In this document: in pieces, positions 22,732 to 35,607 of the stretch
Layout of the letters: each line of letters starts with the position of its first letter
How positions within the stretch are numbered: the stretch's first letter is position 1
Source: Takakia lepidozioides
Lineage: Eukaryota > Plantae > Bryophyta
Assembly: GCA_030704615.1 (NCBI GenBank)
Contig: CM060731.1
Coordinates: forward strand, 80,290,001-80,354,000
Reading direction: 5' to 3'
Length of the DNA stretch: 64,000 nucleotides
Translations under genes and position numbers: made by a program
Notes under the pieces: model-generated
Databases searched by the model: none
Told to the model about the DNA's origin: nothing
Seen by the model: the letters and a program-made list of their open reading frames with translations, nothing else

Positions 22732-25700
22732 ATGGCAGCGAATTTGTTGCTGTTTAGGCGCTGTTGGGATCGAACATGGGTTTGGCAATCCATCTCTTCT
22801 ATCAGCATTCACGGTTTTGCAGATCTATGGAGCAATTCCAGACACATGTCAAAGCAAGCTGGCCCCAGCAGGTTAGCCTCTCTCTTTGTCTCCCTGGAGC
22901 TACTACATGAAGCAGTTCCATGGAATTGCTGAAATATTTCACCCTGGTCTTTAAGTTTAAATAATTGGTGATTTGCAATCCAATAGTCAAGTGAATGCCT
23001 TGCATCATCATCCAGGGACATGATTCACCAACCTAATGAGCTACTTAGCACTAGTAAGGTCATAACCTGGACCATACACCCAATCATGGCATTCTTGTCA
23101 CAGAATGCTTGGACTCCTGTACCTTGCCTCAGCTGAGGTATGTTGCAATATGTCATGGTAGCCCAGGTGCCCATAGCCCTAGTTGATATCTTCTACAAGA
23201 GCTGCAACCAGGTTTATTGATCTGGCCGCAACAATATGGCAAGGATTGTGATTCAAACTCTTATGGCCTGCTTTCAACCTCCTCCCTGAACCTATGTACT
23301 GAAGTATTTTCTAGCTTATTTGAAGTGAAGTGTGCTAGGTCAGGTAATTTGGAAGCATTTGTGCTGCATTTAGTAGGATTTCATGTTCTTATAATTGACC
23401 TCTGTGTCTTTGGCAGGCATCATTCTCCATTTGGAATTGCATTTGACATTGATGGTGTAATTTTGCGTGGGGGGGAACCAATTGGTGGAGCACCCCAGGC
23501 TCTCCGCCGACTCTATCAAGACATCACTTCTCCTTGTAAGCTTTTGGCTTTGGAGGGAAGATTCTTCTTTTCTGCATCTACTGCAACATACTTTAGTACT
23601 CAAATATATATAGGTATATATCTAAGTTCCCCACTCATGGACCAGAAGCGAAGAGGGAATGAGTCACAGGCTGTAACATAAAGAACTCTTTATGGTTGTG
23701 CTGGGTGCTTTGGGAACAGGCTGCAGAGGGAGAAGGCACTTGTTAGACTGCTTGAATTAGCCTGGCGTCCATTCGATTTTGCTCAAAATAAGACATGTGA
23801 AGGAAGTTTTGAGTTGGTGGCTTGCAACTTCTCCTACTTCACCAAAGCGTACAGTGGAGAATGAAATATAATATGTGGGTGATGTCTCTGTGGGTGGGGA
23901 TGCATGCAGCTGAGCTCCAGGTGCCGTATGTGTTCCTCACAAATGGTGAGTGTGTTCGGTCTCGTGATATGTTCCTTGCTATTACAAAGCCTATGTTTGT
24001 GACAGCCCATCGCTTCCCTTTTCAAAAAGTAGCTGTTGGTTTCAAGTTATGATGTAATAAGAAATGTTAACCTTTTACAGACTTGTTTTACCTTCAATCG
24101 TGTATCTTTGAATAGTGTTCGATTAGCTGGGCTTGGGGACCACTTAGGCAGCGTCTTGTTCCGGTGCTGATTGAATAGTGGCACTCAAGAATTGGCCTGG
24201 ATAAGATGCGTGTCCTTTCATCTTTAGGGTGTAAGGAAGAGCAAAATGTACTCATTTCGGTGTGTTTGCTCCTTTGCCTTGTAACCATTTACCCGGGTAG
24301 GAGGGTTGGAGAAAAGAATTAATACTGTTACAAACCCGATGACATTAGTTAAAGAGATTATTGGACAGAATTGTGAATTGGAAGCCTGTTTCCCCAGTAG
24401 TGCGAAGCAAGAAAAGAGAAGATTAGAGCTTTATAACATCAACAAAGGGCCATAGAAAGCAGAACGATCCAAGAACTACTAAACAGTCTCAAGACTTAAC
24501 TGATTGTCTTCCTAAAGTGTTAATTTATGACTGCAATCAAACATTTCTCTCTATCTGACTTTCACCAAATCTGTGTAAGCCTGGGCTTAACCTGGGGTTA
24601 GACATTTGCTACAGGGGGAGGAATGACTGAATCTGCCAGAGCTCTGGAGCTAAGCAGCCAACTGGGAGTCCCGATCGCTCCCAATCAGGTGAGACATAGC
24701 TGGACAAAATCAAATTCTCATTTGCTTGGTTTCACCTTTTGAATTGTTTCATTGTGACCAATCAATGTGTGATCACAACCACTTTGGCCATCTGATATGG
24801 CATATTTTGGTCCAACATAATGTGGAGGAGAAATAGAGTGGATAGGGAGGCAGAGAGATCACTCATCGGATGCTTCCTGCCATAGCCTTCTGACAAGTAG
24901 CCAGTGAAAGAGCGATTTGATTTTGCTGGTATGCTCAAAGCCCAAAATTGATTGCTGCAAAACATTGGGGGATGGATCAGGTATTGTTGGGTCACACTCC
25001 ATTCAAGGATCTTGCATCCCGGTTCGACTCCACTCTTCTCTTCTCCCCCTATTTGACCATGGGTCATTTAAGGTCCTGTAATACTGTCGCGTCGATTGCC
25101 GAATGAGGCCGTACAAACTGGGGGGTTCCTGTTGGCGGTTAGGTAGAATTGCTAATCAAGGCCTCAGGCTTGAAGAGACCCCTTCCAAAGAGATGCAGGT
25201 ATTTGATGGAAAATTATGTAGGATTACCCAAGAAAACAATGGGAGCAAAAACTGACAGTGTGAAGTCCTCACGGCTTTTCTAAAACCAGACCCTTCTAAA
25301 GTTAACATCATCAACCTAAACAGTAAAAGACATACCTCCGAAGCAGGTCTATAGGTTCCACCCACTAGAAGGTGAAACCTAGCCAAAGGCCCTAGTGCTT
25401 GCACATGGCCTGCCAGTGGTCTCAACATAGGTTTAGTTGATACTTGGTCTACACATTCACATCATATACAGGTTAATGTTCATTCCAACTGCTGGTGTCA
25501 TTGTTCCGCTTGCCAGTCACACGGTCGGGACACCAAGGTAAGAAAGAGGGATAGAGAAGAAAGGAAGAAATAAACTATATAATGTTTGCTACAAAACCAA
25601 TTAGTATGCACTATTTTCTAGTTAGCTTAACAAGTCTTGATATATTTCTCATAACTGCCCACAGGGGGCGCGGAGGGCAGACAAAGTAGAATGACAAGAA

Positions 25701-27593
25701 ACCAGAGCAGAATGAAACTTCATTACCTCCAAAGGGGGTGCCCAAGAGCCATGGAACGAAGTAAAGAGGGAGAAGAGTTGGGGAAGTTGGAGGCGATGAC
25801 TAGCTTGGTTGACTTTCTTAATTGACTGCAGATTTAAGAGTAAGCGGGTGTTGGCTGTTGGTAAAGGAGTTCCAGCCCAGGTCATGAGCAGCTATGGCTT
25901 CCTGTAAGCTGTTGCTTCAACTTCCAAACGCTTGAATGCAGTTTTCTGATTGATCCAATGAGCTTAGAAGTAGTGGTGGTTAGTTTCTGCCTATTTCAAT
26001 CATCTCCTCCATCAGTGTTCATGCATGGTGTACAGTTGGAAGACCGAGGCTCCCCCGTGTCTTTGGTGTGAAGGCCATACCAGGGTAGAGGGTAATATAA
26101 TACCAATCATGGTTGCTATGGCCATTTGGCAAGAGACTCTGGGCCTGGTTCTTTAATGAGTAGAAAAATGGGAGACAGAAGACGAGAGAGATAGGCAAGG
26201 GGTGTGCAAATAAAGACAGCCCTTGATTGAAAAATGGCCCACTTCATGTGAGATTTCAAATAGATTGAAGTAAATTCTTTGAATTGCGTCGCAGGAAAGT
26301 GGTGAAGGATGATGACTACGTGGGGGAGTTTAAGCACATTGATCCCTTGGAGCATTATAAGCCTTGGGTGAAAATTAGTGACCAAAGAGTTGATTTAATG
26401 GATGAGAATGAGAGACGGATAGCGGCTGTGTTTGTGGTCAGTGACCCTGTCGACTGGGGCCGTGAACTGCAGGTTTGCTGCTCTTTCCATATTCTGGAAT
26501 TAGGAACTGTGGCTATTGTAGTCGTGCTATTCCTCTCTTTGTTAGACTGATGGTTTGTGGAGCCACTAGTATGGCCCTCTGATTCTATCTTGTTGCCTCC
26601 ATTTTCTGCTGTTCGGGTCCGAACTGAGTCTTGGATACATGCATGGCCACAAAAGCTTGGTCTACAATATGTTTCTCCTCTTTTGGTCTCTTCAACATAC
26701 GGTAAACCAGAATGCTGCTGGTAATGCTTCCCACTGTAAGGTCAATGTTGCACTCTTGATAGGATCAGCTAGAGTAAGTTTTTTTTGGTTTATTGTTGCA
26801 AGAGTTGATAGCTTAGGACCTCCACTCTCCTTCTGTTTTGTGGTGTCCCAGAGACCAGTAGCAGGCTCAGAGGAAAGTATTCTGACCTTCATGATGGCCC
26901 AATTTGATCTGGTTTCTTTCAAGATTTTTCTTTCCAATTGGCTGATTCTCAATCTCTAAATGAAGCAAACAAAGCTGGGTTCTGAATTCAGGCGGGTAAA
27001 ACTTGTGGAGACAGGTGTTGTGTGATGTTTTACGGTCTGGTGGACTTCCTGGAAGACCAGAGGGAGGTCCACAGCCGTCTTTATTTTTTGCAGCGGATGA
27101 CTTTGAGTACCCAGCAAAGTTCCCCGTGCCCCGATTTGGCATGGGGGCCTTTCGGATTGCGCTAGAGAGCGTATATACCCGTTTGACAAATCGTCCCATG
27201 CTTTACACATCATATGGAAAGCCACGGAGTTCTGCATATAAGTTGGCAGAGAGTGCTCTCCAGCATATTGCTACATCAGTTGATGCCCCCTGGGCCACTG
27301 GCCCTTCCTCTGCAAAGGGGCTGACTGCCCATCGTCCCTCCGTAAGAGAGAAGCCGAGTACTGGGTTATTGCAGGTGGAAAGTTGTGCTCTGAAGACTCT
27401 GTACATGGTAGGTGATAATCCACTTACAGATATTTGTGGTGCAAATGCGATGGGGAGGCCTTGGTTCTCAATTCTGGTTAGAAGTGGATGTTTCGGGGAA
27501 TCCAATAACCATAGTCTGTTCCCAGCTGACAAGGTGGTGGAGGATGTTGATGAAGCAGTCGACTTCATTGCAAAGAGGGAAGGATTGCCTTGA
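22732..27593 (+). CDS. HAD-superfamily IIA hydrolase (CECR5/HDHD5/YKR070W family), probable mitochondrial presequence
   Basis: 8 GT-AG exons join in frame: 22732-22871, 23417-23535, 23910-23945, 24615-24688, 24981-25021, 25832-25903, 26295-26472, 27015-27593. Motifs FGIAFDIDGV, FLTNGGG, SDPVDW, PRFGMGAF, YGKP and YMVGDNPLTDICGA. Confidence 0.93.
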
Positions 27594-30500
27594 TCCTGGT
27601 TATCTTGAAGCTAAACACCACTTGGATATTAGTTGTTCAGACTCGGGTAAATTTTTTTTGCATCAGCACCCAGAACTGAGGGGGCCATAAACATCAGCTC
27701 TGTTTACGAGCCCCCAAGCCTGAAGTTGACTAGAAGACCCACTTCTGAAACTCGGAAACAACTCGAGTAAGATCCTGAACCAGAAACAAACTGGTAAAAA
27801 GCAGTGCATGTAGGTCTCAATCACAGGTTGGTATGTTGTGGTCTGAGCAGGTTAGCAATCAGGAGAGCTAAAAGACTTCACTGGTCAAAAGTAAGACCAG
27901 AAAGCATAACTTTCGACCAAGAAGACCCAGCTGCCTAACAATGTTTGCTGAGTTCTAGCACTAGAGATTTAAGAGCTTCCCAAGGGATTCAGGCATGTGA
28001 ACATCGCGGCGGCATTGCGACATTTTAAAAACTGAGCCTAGCTTTGCTGACCCAGGCGGTCCCTTCTCGAGCTCAAGAAACGGCACACCAAGGATGTCAT
28101 GGCCCAGGGGAATTCTTTGTCATGTCAGCATGTTTGAGAGATTGAGCTGCTTGAGTTTACTGAAAAGATATGAAGATGGTTGTGATTGGTCATGGAGTGG
28201 GAGGTTTGAACAACCTCTACGAGTAGCACAGCTGCCAACAAGTTAGCTGACACGTGATGATGCACGCTTCTCCACCTCGTGGAACTCGTGTAGGTGAAGT
28301 GAGGATCTGGGTTTCTAGATCTACACAGTGGTGGTGGTGGGAAGAGTTTGCTCATTCGGCCTGGGGATACTTTAGACGTGGGCTTAACCCAATCTCCATC
28401 TGGCAGTCCAATCTGCTCATGTGGCAATTTCCAAGTTAGGACGGCGGTGTAGAGAGAAGACTCCGGCCCAAACCGGTGCCCCCTTTCGGCGGTGTATGTA
28501 TTTGTTGGTAAGTAGAGGGTCGCCATATATTTGCAAACAAAGCCGGATGTCTCTAGACTTGCATCAATATGTTATGGTAAGGCCGAAAGCATGGGACACT
28601 AGTACTTTGGGAAATCGACTATATTGTTTTCTAAATAAGCGTTGATTTTTTGATAAAGTTTTTAATGATCTTATAGTTAGATTGTTTTAAACGGTTGAAG
28701 TCAATATTGCTCAATTTAGGTGGGGGACGGACGGACACTTTATACCAGTTTTTTGCTCTGGGCCACCCAAGGCGTGGCCGAAAGGAGCGGCTAAAATGGA
28801 TTTGGACCGCAGGTTTGATTGTGTGTCTAAAGTGGGCCAGTATGGGGTCGAAAGCGCGCACCTCCTCACAACAGGGAATAGTTTGTTGACAGACGTCTTT
28901 CTATTGCGGTAACAGCACAAGGTCGCAGGGCTTCGGCCGAAACATCCTGGAGGCACCGGTTTGTCGCGGTCCCACACAAGGAAAAGTTTGATGGTCCCCT
29001 GCGGCAAAGCCAAAGGCAGACACTTGGAAAGTTTCTGTGGCCCAGGAGCCTGATGCAATCATCCCTTCTCGTGAGCTCCTCCTTTACACCGAGGCTGGAG
29101 TCAGATCCTTATTAGCAGTCAACGTCGTAAGAAACTTCAAAACATCTTCAGGGAGGGATTCGGAATCATGTTTTGCTACATAACTTCAGTTCGCCTAAAG
29201 AACGGAGAGGTAACTGTGTTGGTCTCGGTGGATTTGTCACAACCAAGTCTGGAACATGGGCAATGCAGAAAGATGGGACAGAGAGCTTGCACACACTGCA
29301 TTCCAAAACCGTAGAAGTTTGAGATGATACTGCCTCCATCTATAGCGTAGCTGCAGGGGTACAGCCGAGGGTACAGCAGGAGCTCACACGGGGAAGTGTG
29401 CTCACTGCTGCCGACTTTAGTATGGGCGACTGATAGAGGTGCAGTTGGAAGAGCTCGAATACCGAGCGATTATCACTGACGTCAGGAGATCTATTCGACC
29501 TGCCTGTGCAGTGTGAATGGCGAGTGGAATTTTGAAATCACTCGTCCTTTCGTCTTTACGTGGTGGACGTATGCTGAATGGGCCACAGCTTAAGGTTTTA
29601 CCTGACATTAAAAAATCCGGGGTTCCTCTTGAACCAGTCGATCATGGTTACTTTGAGTCCATGGGTCCAGAGAGGAAGATTCTAACAGACTTGAGACTCG
29701 CAAAATTTCTGACCACATCAAAACTCTCCGTGAGCAGGTCTGGCCCACCTCTCAGATGTAGGGAATCGAAGAGTATCTTGGAAGACCCGACAGATCACGA
29801 CTGTAGTGCAATAATAAAAAGACGGGCTCGAGGGGAATATAGCACAAAGTGGACCAAAGCAATATCGTACGACAGTATGGTATCCGGGCGCATCCCTCCT
29901 GGAGATGGGAAGGTTGTGAACAACTACTTCCAAACTTAGGGGTTGGCCTGGAGCACGAGATTCAATTGCTTCCAGTTGTTACATTTTAACCATGTGTCCT
30001 CAGCAACTAAACTAGCCGGACAATCCAGAGAACACGTTCAATCATCACCATCCCTCTTGAAATACTACATAGTTCCATTGTCCAGGTACAGTTCCTCAAA
30101 AAGAGCTCTCCAACATGATGGGCTTGGGACCACCTCTTCAGCCAATGATTCTTATCCCTGCCAATCATGCACAATTTCTGGTATGACTTGTGTCGATAGA
30201 TAGAAAGATATGAAAAATTATAGAAGGATCTCAGTAGGCCAGGTGATGAGGGAACGATCATGCCTTTACTCAGATACCGAAGGACTTCAAGCCTGACAGT
30301 TCGCTACCTTACGGTTCCACCTACCACTTCCTGCTGAGTACAAACATGAGCGTGAAACTACAATGTCTGGTAACCAATTGAAAGATGCTAACTTTTATGA
30401 CCAGCATTATGGCAGGCTATAACGACCTCCCGCTTACTTTGGTTACTAGCTGATCACCTTGCTAGCGCGAGTATGCTTTTCAGAGTTCATAAGTGGTGCG

Positions 30501-33081
30501 CCCGCCTTAGTGGGTATTGGATTATTTCTCTTATATGCTTTATCACCTATCTCCTGACTCCAGTTCCAGCCGGAAGGCAGTAGCCCTTCACTACTTCGGG
30601 TGAATTGACACAGCAATTTGCGCTTGCTTTTAGGTTCGTCCGAGTCAACCTTTTTGCTTGTTTCTTGTTTTCAATGATCTCCTCAACTTCTAGATAAAGA
30701 ATATATCCTCCAGCACAAATCATTCCTATCACCAAATCATGCTGTTTAATTACTCAAAAAATCCTGGACGAACCAGGCATCCCTACTAACAGTCGCTCGC
30801 AGTCTATTCCTCGCTCTAAAACGATGAGTATCATAAACTGTGCAGGCAGGCCCAAGCTCCAACTCGGACCAAATACTGTCAGTGGATGTGACGTTGCAGC
30901 TAAGCTGTGACCGGCACACATTTACAGAGCTCGCTTCCTCTCGCATGACTTGGCGAAAGCTTGCCTATACTGTCAATAAACCGTGGAACTATAAACGAAA
31001 GAACATTTAGCGTACAACAGATTGCAGGCCCAAAAGTAGGTGCGAACCCCGCTTCATCAAGCCCAAAGCAACTCAATCTAAGCTCCACTACTTACAAATC
31101 GACCGTTGACACACGCTGCCGGCATTTGCTGGCGCCTACATTCCATCTTCATGACTGAGTCGATTACTTCCATCGATACTCCGAGTGAAGAATTTCAGAA
31201 AATGAGGAGCTTTTGCAAACAACTGATCAATCCAAGTCAGATCCAACCCGAGTCTACAGAGTGGATCAGTGCATGAGAGCATTACGATCATCGCGCAATC
31301 GGACTGAAAGGCATGCACTCGAGAGGCGCCCCCAGACGGCGGGCCCCGACATCCTTGACAGGGGCAGACATTCGCCTCGGGAGCTGGGACGAGGATCGAC
31401 CCGGCTAAGAAACGGGTCGAAAAATTCTAACTATATTTCCTTTGTAACCAATGATCATTACTTCGGTAGCAGATATGTTTAAATACTTACGAGGGTTATG
31501 GTTTTGAATTCAAATCGAGCTGCCGGTGTCACTTTATGCAAAAGTGGCTTTATGTCTTTCTCTCCAGTCTCGCAACTCATCTGGCGAGGAGGAGAGGTGT
31601 GGAGCATGGAGCATCTAATGCAGGCATTCATTCCTCATGATGTGCTGAAGTGCGGCGCGGAATGCACGTGTGGAGCCCGTAAGGGAAGGTTGGCAAAAGG
31701 TCCAAGAGAATGATGAGCAACGTAGACTGCTCGAGTGCGGTACGCTGGCCCAAAGTAAAGCTTCTTGTCACGTTCTGGGCGAGCTCGTCTTTCTGTTGGA
31801 TCGCTTGTTTCAGTGTCAGTAATATGTTCTTGAAGTGGAAAGATGACATCATTGCTGGCAGGGAATTGACAACGGAGGAGTCTGACAATTTTTATACAAA
31901 TGCAGTTATATGCTCTGCCAGATTAGTACGCTCATCTGTGTAGGGATAGACGACATTATTGAAGGTTTTATCTCTGGTTTTATTTCTCGTTTTTCTACAG
32001 CAAAATGTTCACTGGAAGCTGTTTTGTATGGGACAAGGGAAGAAGATGGCATAAAATCAGGTCACCAACCCACAGAAGCATTAACATTTTCGATTAACAA
32101 AGGGGTTTGAGAGTAAATTTGGGTGTTACAGCCTGTACTGTGTCCCGAAAGTCTAGATAGCTCCACTAAATGAACGCAGATACCAAGGAAACATTTGACT
32201 CTAGTCGGTGAGAGGGCACTAACGACAGAAGGTGATTGACTATTACGTGAGCTTTCAACAGAAGAGAGCTCCAAGCTCCATACCTTAACAACAAAGGACG
32301 GTATCTAATCTTCAATTGCTTTTCTACGAAACGAGGCTGCAGAAATGCTCGTATGATTCAGTGTGAAGTGTACATGCACGCAGGGGCTACGCTACAGTAC
32401 TAAATATAACAGTTGCATATCCACGAGTCTTGGAAGGCGTACTTACTTTGCAAATAACAAAGAACTCTCATCTCATCTCACCACATATGTGAAGCGAACA
32501 TACGAGGAAAATGTAATCTCAAGTAGCTAACTGTATAGAAGTTTGATTGACCTCCGATCCATTACATGCAGTGCCAACTCGTAGGCAGATAGGAAGTTGA
32601 CACATCAATCGCATATAGGTTACTGGAGGAGTACAAAATTTGAGTATTCATGTCAACTTCAAATACATTCTTAAAAGTGTTTTCTCTGTAGTCCGCAAAT
32701 TGGCAGAAGGTCATGAAACCCATGTTATCGCCAGCTGCGTAACTCTGCGACCATCTATCCTCAACATGAATCTCAGTACCAAAACTGGCTTCAGCTCTAC
32801 ATCAGCGGCAGATTTTGAGAAGTCATGCAGACAGACTGCTACAGCCTAACACTTTACAGCAACTTGAAATTCCTTGTGTCTGGGCATCAACACCGAAAGC
32901 CTATGTAGGTACGCATGCAAAAATTGTTGCTGATGGCAGATATATGTGCCTATTCAAAAGGCCCATTGCAGGTTAAAGGGCGATTGGCAGGGAAGTAGGC
33001 AAGAGTACTTTCCACTGAGCTGACCTTACGATCCCCAGAACTACTTGAAACGGTAGCAACGAGAGCAGAGGTCGGACCTCA

Positions 33082-34137
33082 TCAGTGGGAGGGCACCCAG
33101 ATGAGATCATTCTGAGTTGACCAATGGCATGCTTCGGCTCCCCGAGGAATGTTGAGAGCCGTGAAGGCAGGATGCTCTGATGCCCAGAGACTGGTATCCA
33201 AATGACAGATGGCGACTGCGTGAATGACTGATCCATCTAAAGCTGCCAACGACGCCTGCACCACCTTGGTTCCTGTGACATGATGGCAGTAATAGAGAGC
33301 CGAAGGAAACATAACGTTGTGGCAAATGACAATATTCTCGCCCTCTACCACACTTCGCTTGGTAAAGTCAACAACCTTCACTGGTGCCTTGGCGGAAGGC
33401 TTGTCAGCAGGAGCACCGGTCGTGGTCAGAAATTCCACATCGGGGCCAATCTGGGAGGAAACGAACTCGGCCATGGCCTCAACCGAGGTAGGGCATGCTC
33501 TCTCTTCCCCAGGAAGTGCAGGATTTTCACACAGATACACCGCGGTACCCATCATCTTAGACATCTCAGTCTTCTCCCCAATGTTGAAGGTCTGGAGGAG
33601 CTTGGGCAAGCTGGATGAGGTGAGAGCCGGCAGCGAGCCAGCTACCGCGCGGGGCAGAAAAGGCCTGCTGGGAATCGGATCATGCAGATTCTCAGCTAGC
33701 AACATCTCAGCTCCCACCTCCAAATGACTCTCCAGAAAAAAGTCAAACTGAAAATCGTTGATGGTCTTGATACCCAACGCCCGACTAACATCATCCTGCT
33801 CCAACGCACTGTCTAGACCCACGTAAGGCGTAATCTTAGTATTCTCATCACACACCAGCCCTGCAGCCTTACAAAACGACTCACTCACGCTAGGAAAAAC
33901 AGACCCTCCAGCAACCGAACTCGCGAACCGACCCGCCATGGAACTCCCGTCCACAGGAGAAATTGCCCTGCGCAAGGTTGGCGGCATCTCTACCTTCGGC
34001 AACTCCTTCCGCCAGAAGCTCAATGCTGGCCCAGCATTGTCGTTCCTGCTCCCCTCAACTCCCCCTACCGCAGCAATTGCGTTGCAGCATACCACCAGCA
34101 CCACCACCCAAAGCCCCATCACTCCAATCCTCGCCAT
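33082..34137 (-). CDS. Intronless secreted BURP-domain protein (351 aa) with a PG1beta-like N-terminus
   Basis: Hydrophobic signal peptide, then an FW...P...ISP...FCKAAGLVC block. The BURP domain starts at FF and has an intact CH-x10-CH-x25-CH-x24-CH-x8-W pattern. Confidence 0.96.
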   Translation of the reverse strand: MARIGVMGLWVVVLVVCCNAIAAVGGVEGSRNDNAGPALSFWRKELPKVEMPPTLRRAISPVDGSSMAGRFASSVAGGSVFPSVSESFCKAAGLVCDENTKITPYVGLDSALEQDDVSRALGIKTINDFQFDFFLESHLEVGAEMLLAENLHDPIPSRPFLPRAVAGSLPALTSSSLPKLLQTFNIGEKTEMSKMMGTAVYLCENPALPGEERACPTSVEAMAEFVSSQIGPDVEFLTTTGAPADKPSAKAPVKVVDFTKRSVVEGENIVICHNVMFPSALYYCHHVTGTKVVQASLAALDGSVIHAVAICHLDTSLWASEHPAFTALNIPRGAEACHWSTQNDLIWVPSH

Positions 34138-34304
34138 ACCTCCGCCTGCCTCTTACTCTCTTCCGCTCTCTGCACACCTCGACCGCTCAAGCTGCTCGGC
34201 TGCGAGTCTAAGTTAAGTGTAGAGACAGACAGACAGCGCTGTGAAGGAGAGCGTGGAGCGGCTGGAGCGATAGAGAACGATGAACAAGAGCATGGCCGGG
34301 TGCG

Positions 34305-34890
34305 CCCTTTATGGGCCGGGCCGGGCCCCACCCCCGCCGGTCGTTACATTCCGCGCCCGCCCTCCCTTTAACGGCACCGGTAACCCGAGGGCGTACCGGA
34401 ATAATAACATATATCTGTCGGAAGATCTATCGCTCCGTTCCCGCTGTACTAAAATAACCCCCGCCCCTCCTTTCGTCGGTCCGGCCTCCGTCCACGTACC
34501 CGGAAACGTGCCGCGCACCCGCCGTTCCGGGGGGCGCGGAGGGGGCGGTCTAGTCACGGGCTCCCTTGTGCGCCACAACTTTTTCGTTTATCGCTCCACG
34601 TATTGTACACAATTTGTATCCCATGCACGTATTACATGTACGATATACGGGGCGACCAGCGTAACCGGTAGGCGCAAGCAGCGAGGAGCCTGTGACTGTG
34701 CACTGCGGTACGGGCTGTAGCAGGTCAATGACAGTGTGACCGGCTCTATCTCGCCGGGATACTACGATACTACCCCCCGCCCGGGATCCGCGCTTCGCAC
34801 ATCCCCCCCACACACTTACTCCCACGGATGGATGGATGAACTTACTTACCTATTTATTTCGTCCATTATTTCGTCCGATAAATATGTACC
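34305..34890 (-). promoter_or_regulatory. GC-rich BURP promoter with clustered GTAC and ACGT cores
   Basis: CATAAAA TATA-like box near 34307-34313. GTAC at 34393, 34446, 34496, 34605, 34638, 34708 and 34886. CACGTA occurs three times. Confidence 0.5.
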
Positions 34891-35079
34891 ATGTGATGAC
34901 CGAGGTCGGTGTGTGAAGATCACGCAAAATCGAAGTATTTGGGACCCGTCCGCGTGCTGGCCGTTCATTCGCCGGTGACCTGGCCCTATCTCTGGGGACG
35001 CCCTCCCATTCGCCAGTGAATCGCCACACCCTATTCTCAATCATCACGAGGGCCGCCCCCCTCTCACAAAACATATACC

Positions 35080-35430
35080 TAGGGTAACTGTACCTATCAT
35101 TGCCCATTTAAGACTTTGAGAAGCCATAACTTGTTCATATGATCATATTATGGTACAGAATTTGGACCTAGGGGGAGGTTGGCAAGTTGGCTTCAAAACC
35201 CAACTTACGAAATTTACAAAACCCAATACACTGCATTGAAGTGTTGGGCACAACGAGCCTATATAATTTTCATAAAACCAAGTATCATCCCCTAAGCACG
35301 GTCGACGGGTGTACAGTGATAGGCGCTGGGATGCGCAATCATAGGGGTTTGCGCTGTCCCACAGGTGCGCAATGATAGGGGCTGGCTGCGCGATCATAGG
35401 GGTTTTGCAATGATAGGTACAGTTACCCTA
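35080..35430. mobile_element. ~350-bp MITE with perfect 24-bp terminal inverted repeats
   Basis: TAGGGTAACTGTACCTATCATTGC at 35080 and its exact reverse complement ending at 35430 (the outer TA may be the TSD). Subterminal RATSATAGGGG repeats. Confidence 0.88.
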
Positions 35431-35556
35431 TATATCGCGGAAGAAAAATGAGGAAAAGTAGTTGAACGAAGTCGGGAGGCGTTGAGATTAGTGCGAAATG
35501 GCAGAAGCGTTACACTACCTACCGACAATTACTAAGTACTTAACGCAGATCGCACA

Positions 35557-35573
35557 GAGACAGAGAGAGAGAG

Positions 35574-35603
<30 letters not shown>
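35557..35603. repeat. Imperfect (AG)n microsatellite
   Basis: Direct observation. Confidence 0.9.

Positions 35604-35607
<4 letters not shown>

Noticed and set aside
32255-32275. miR156/529-like ACAGAAGAGAG sequence
   Set aside because: Only a partial match, with no complementary star arm nearby.
27700-33000. Separate burpitide precursor or other gene downstream of BURP (e.g. ORFs 28125-28526, 29517-29939, 31710-32110)
   Set aside because: No signal peptide plus repeated Tyr/Trp cores, no recognisable domain and no consistent splice chain.
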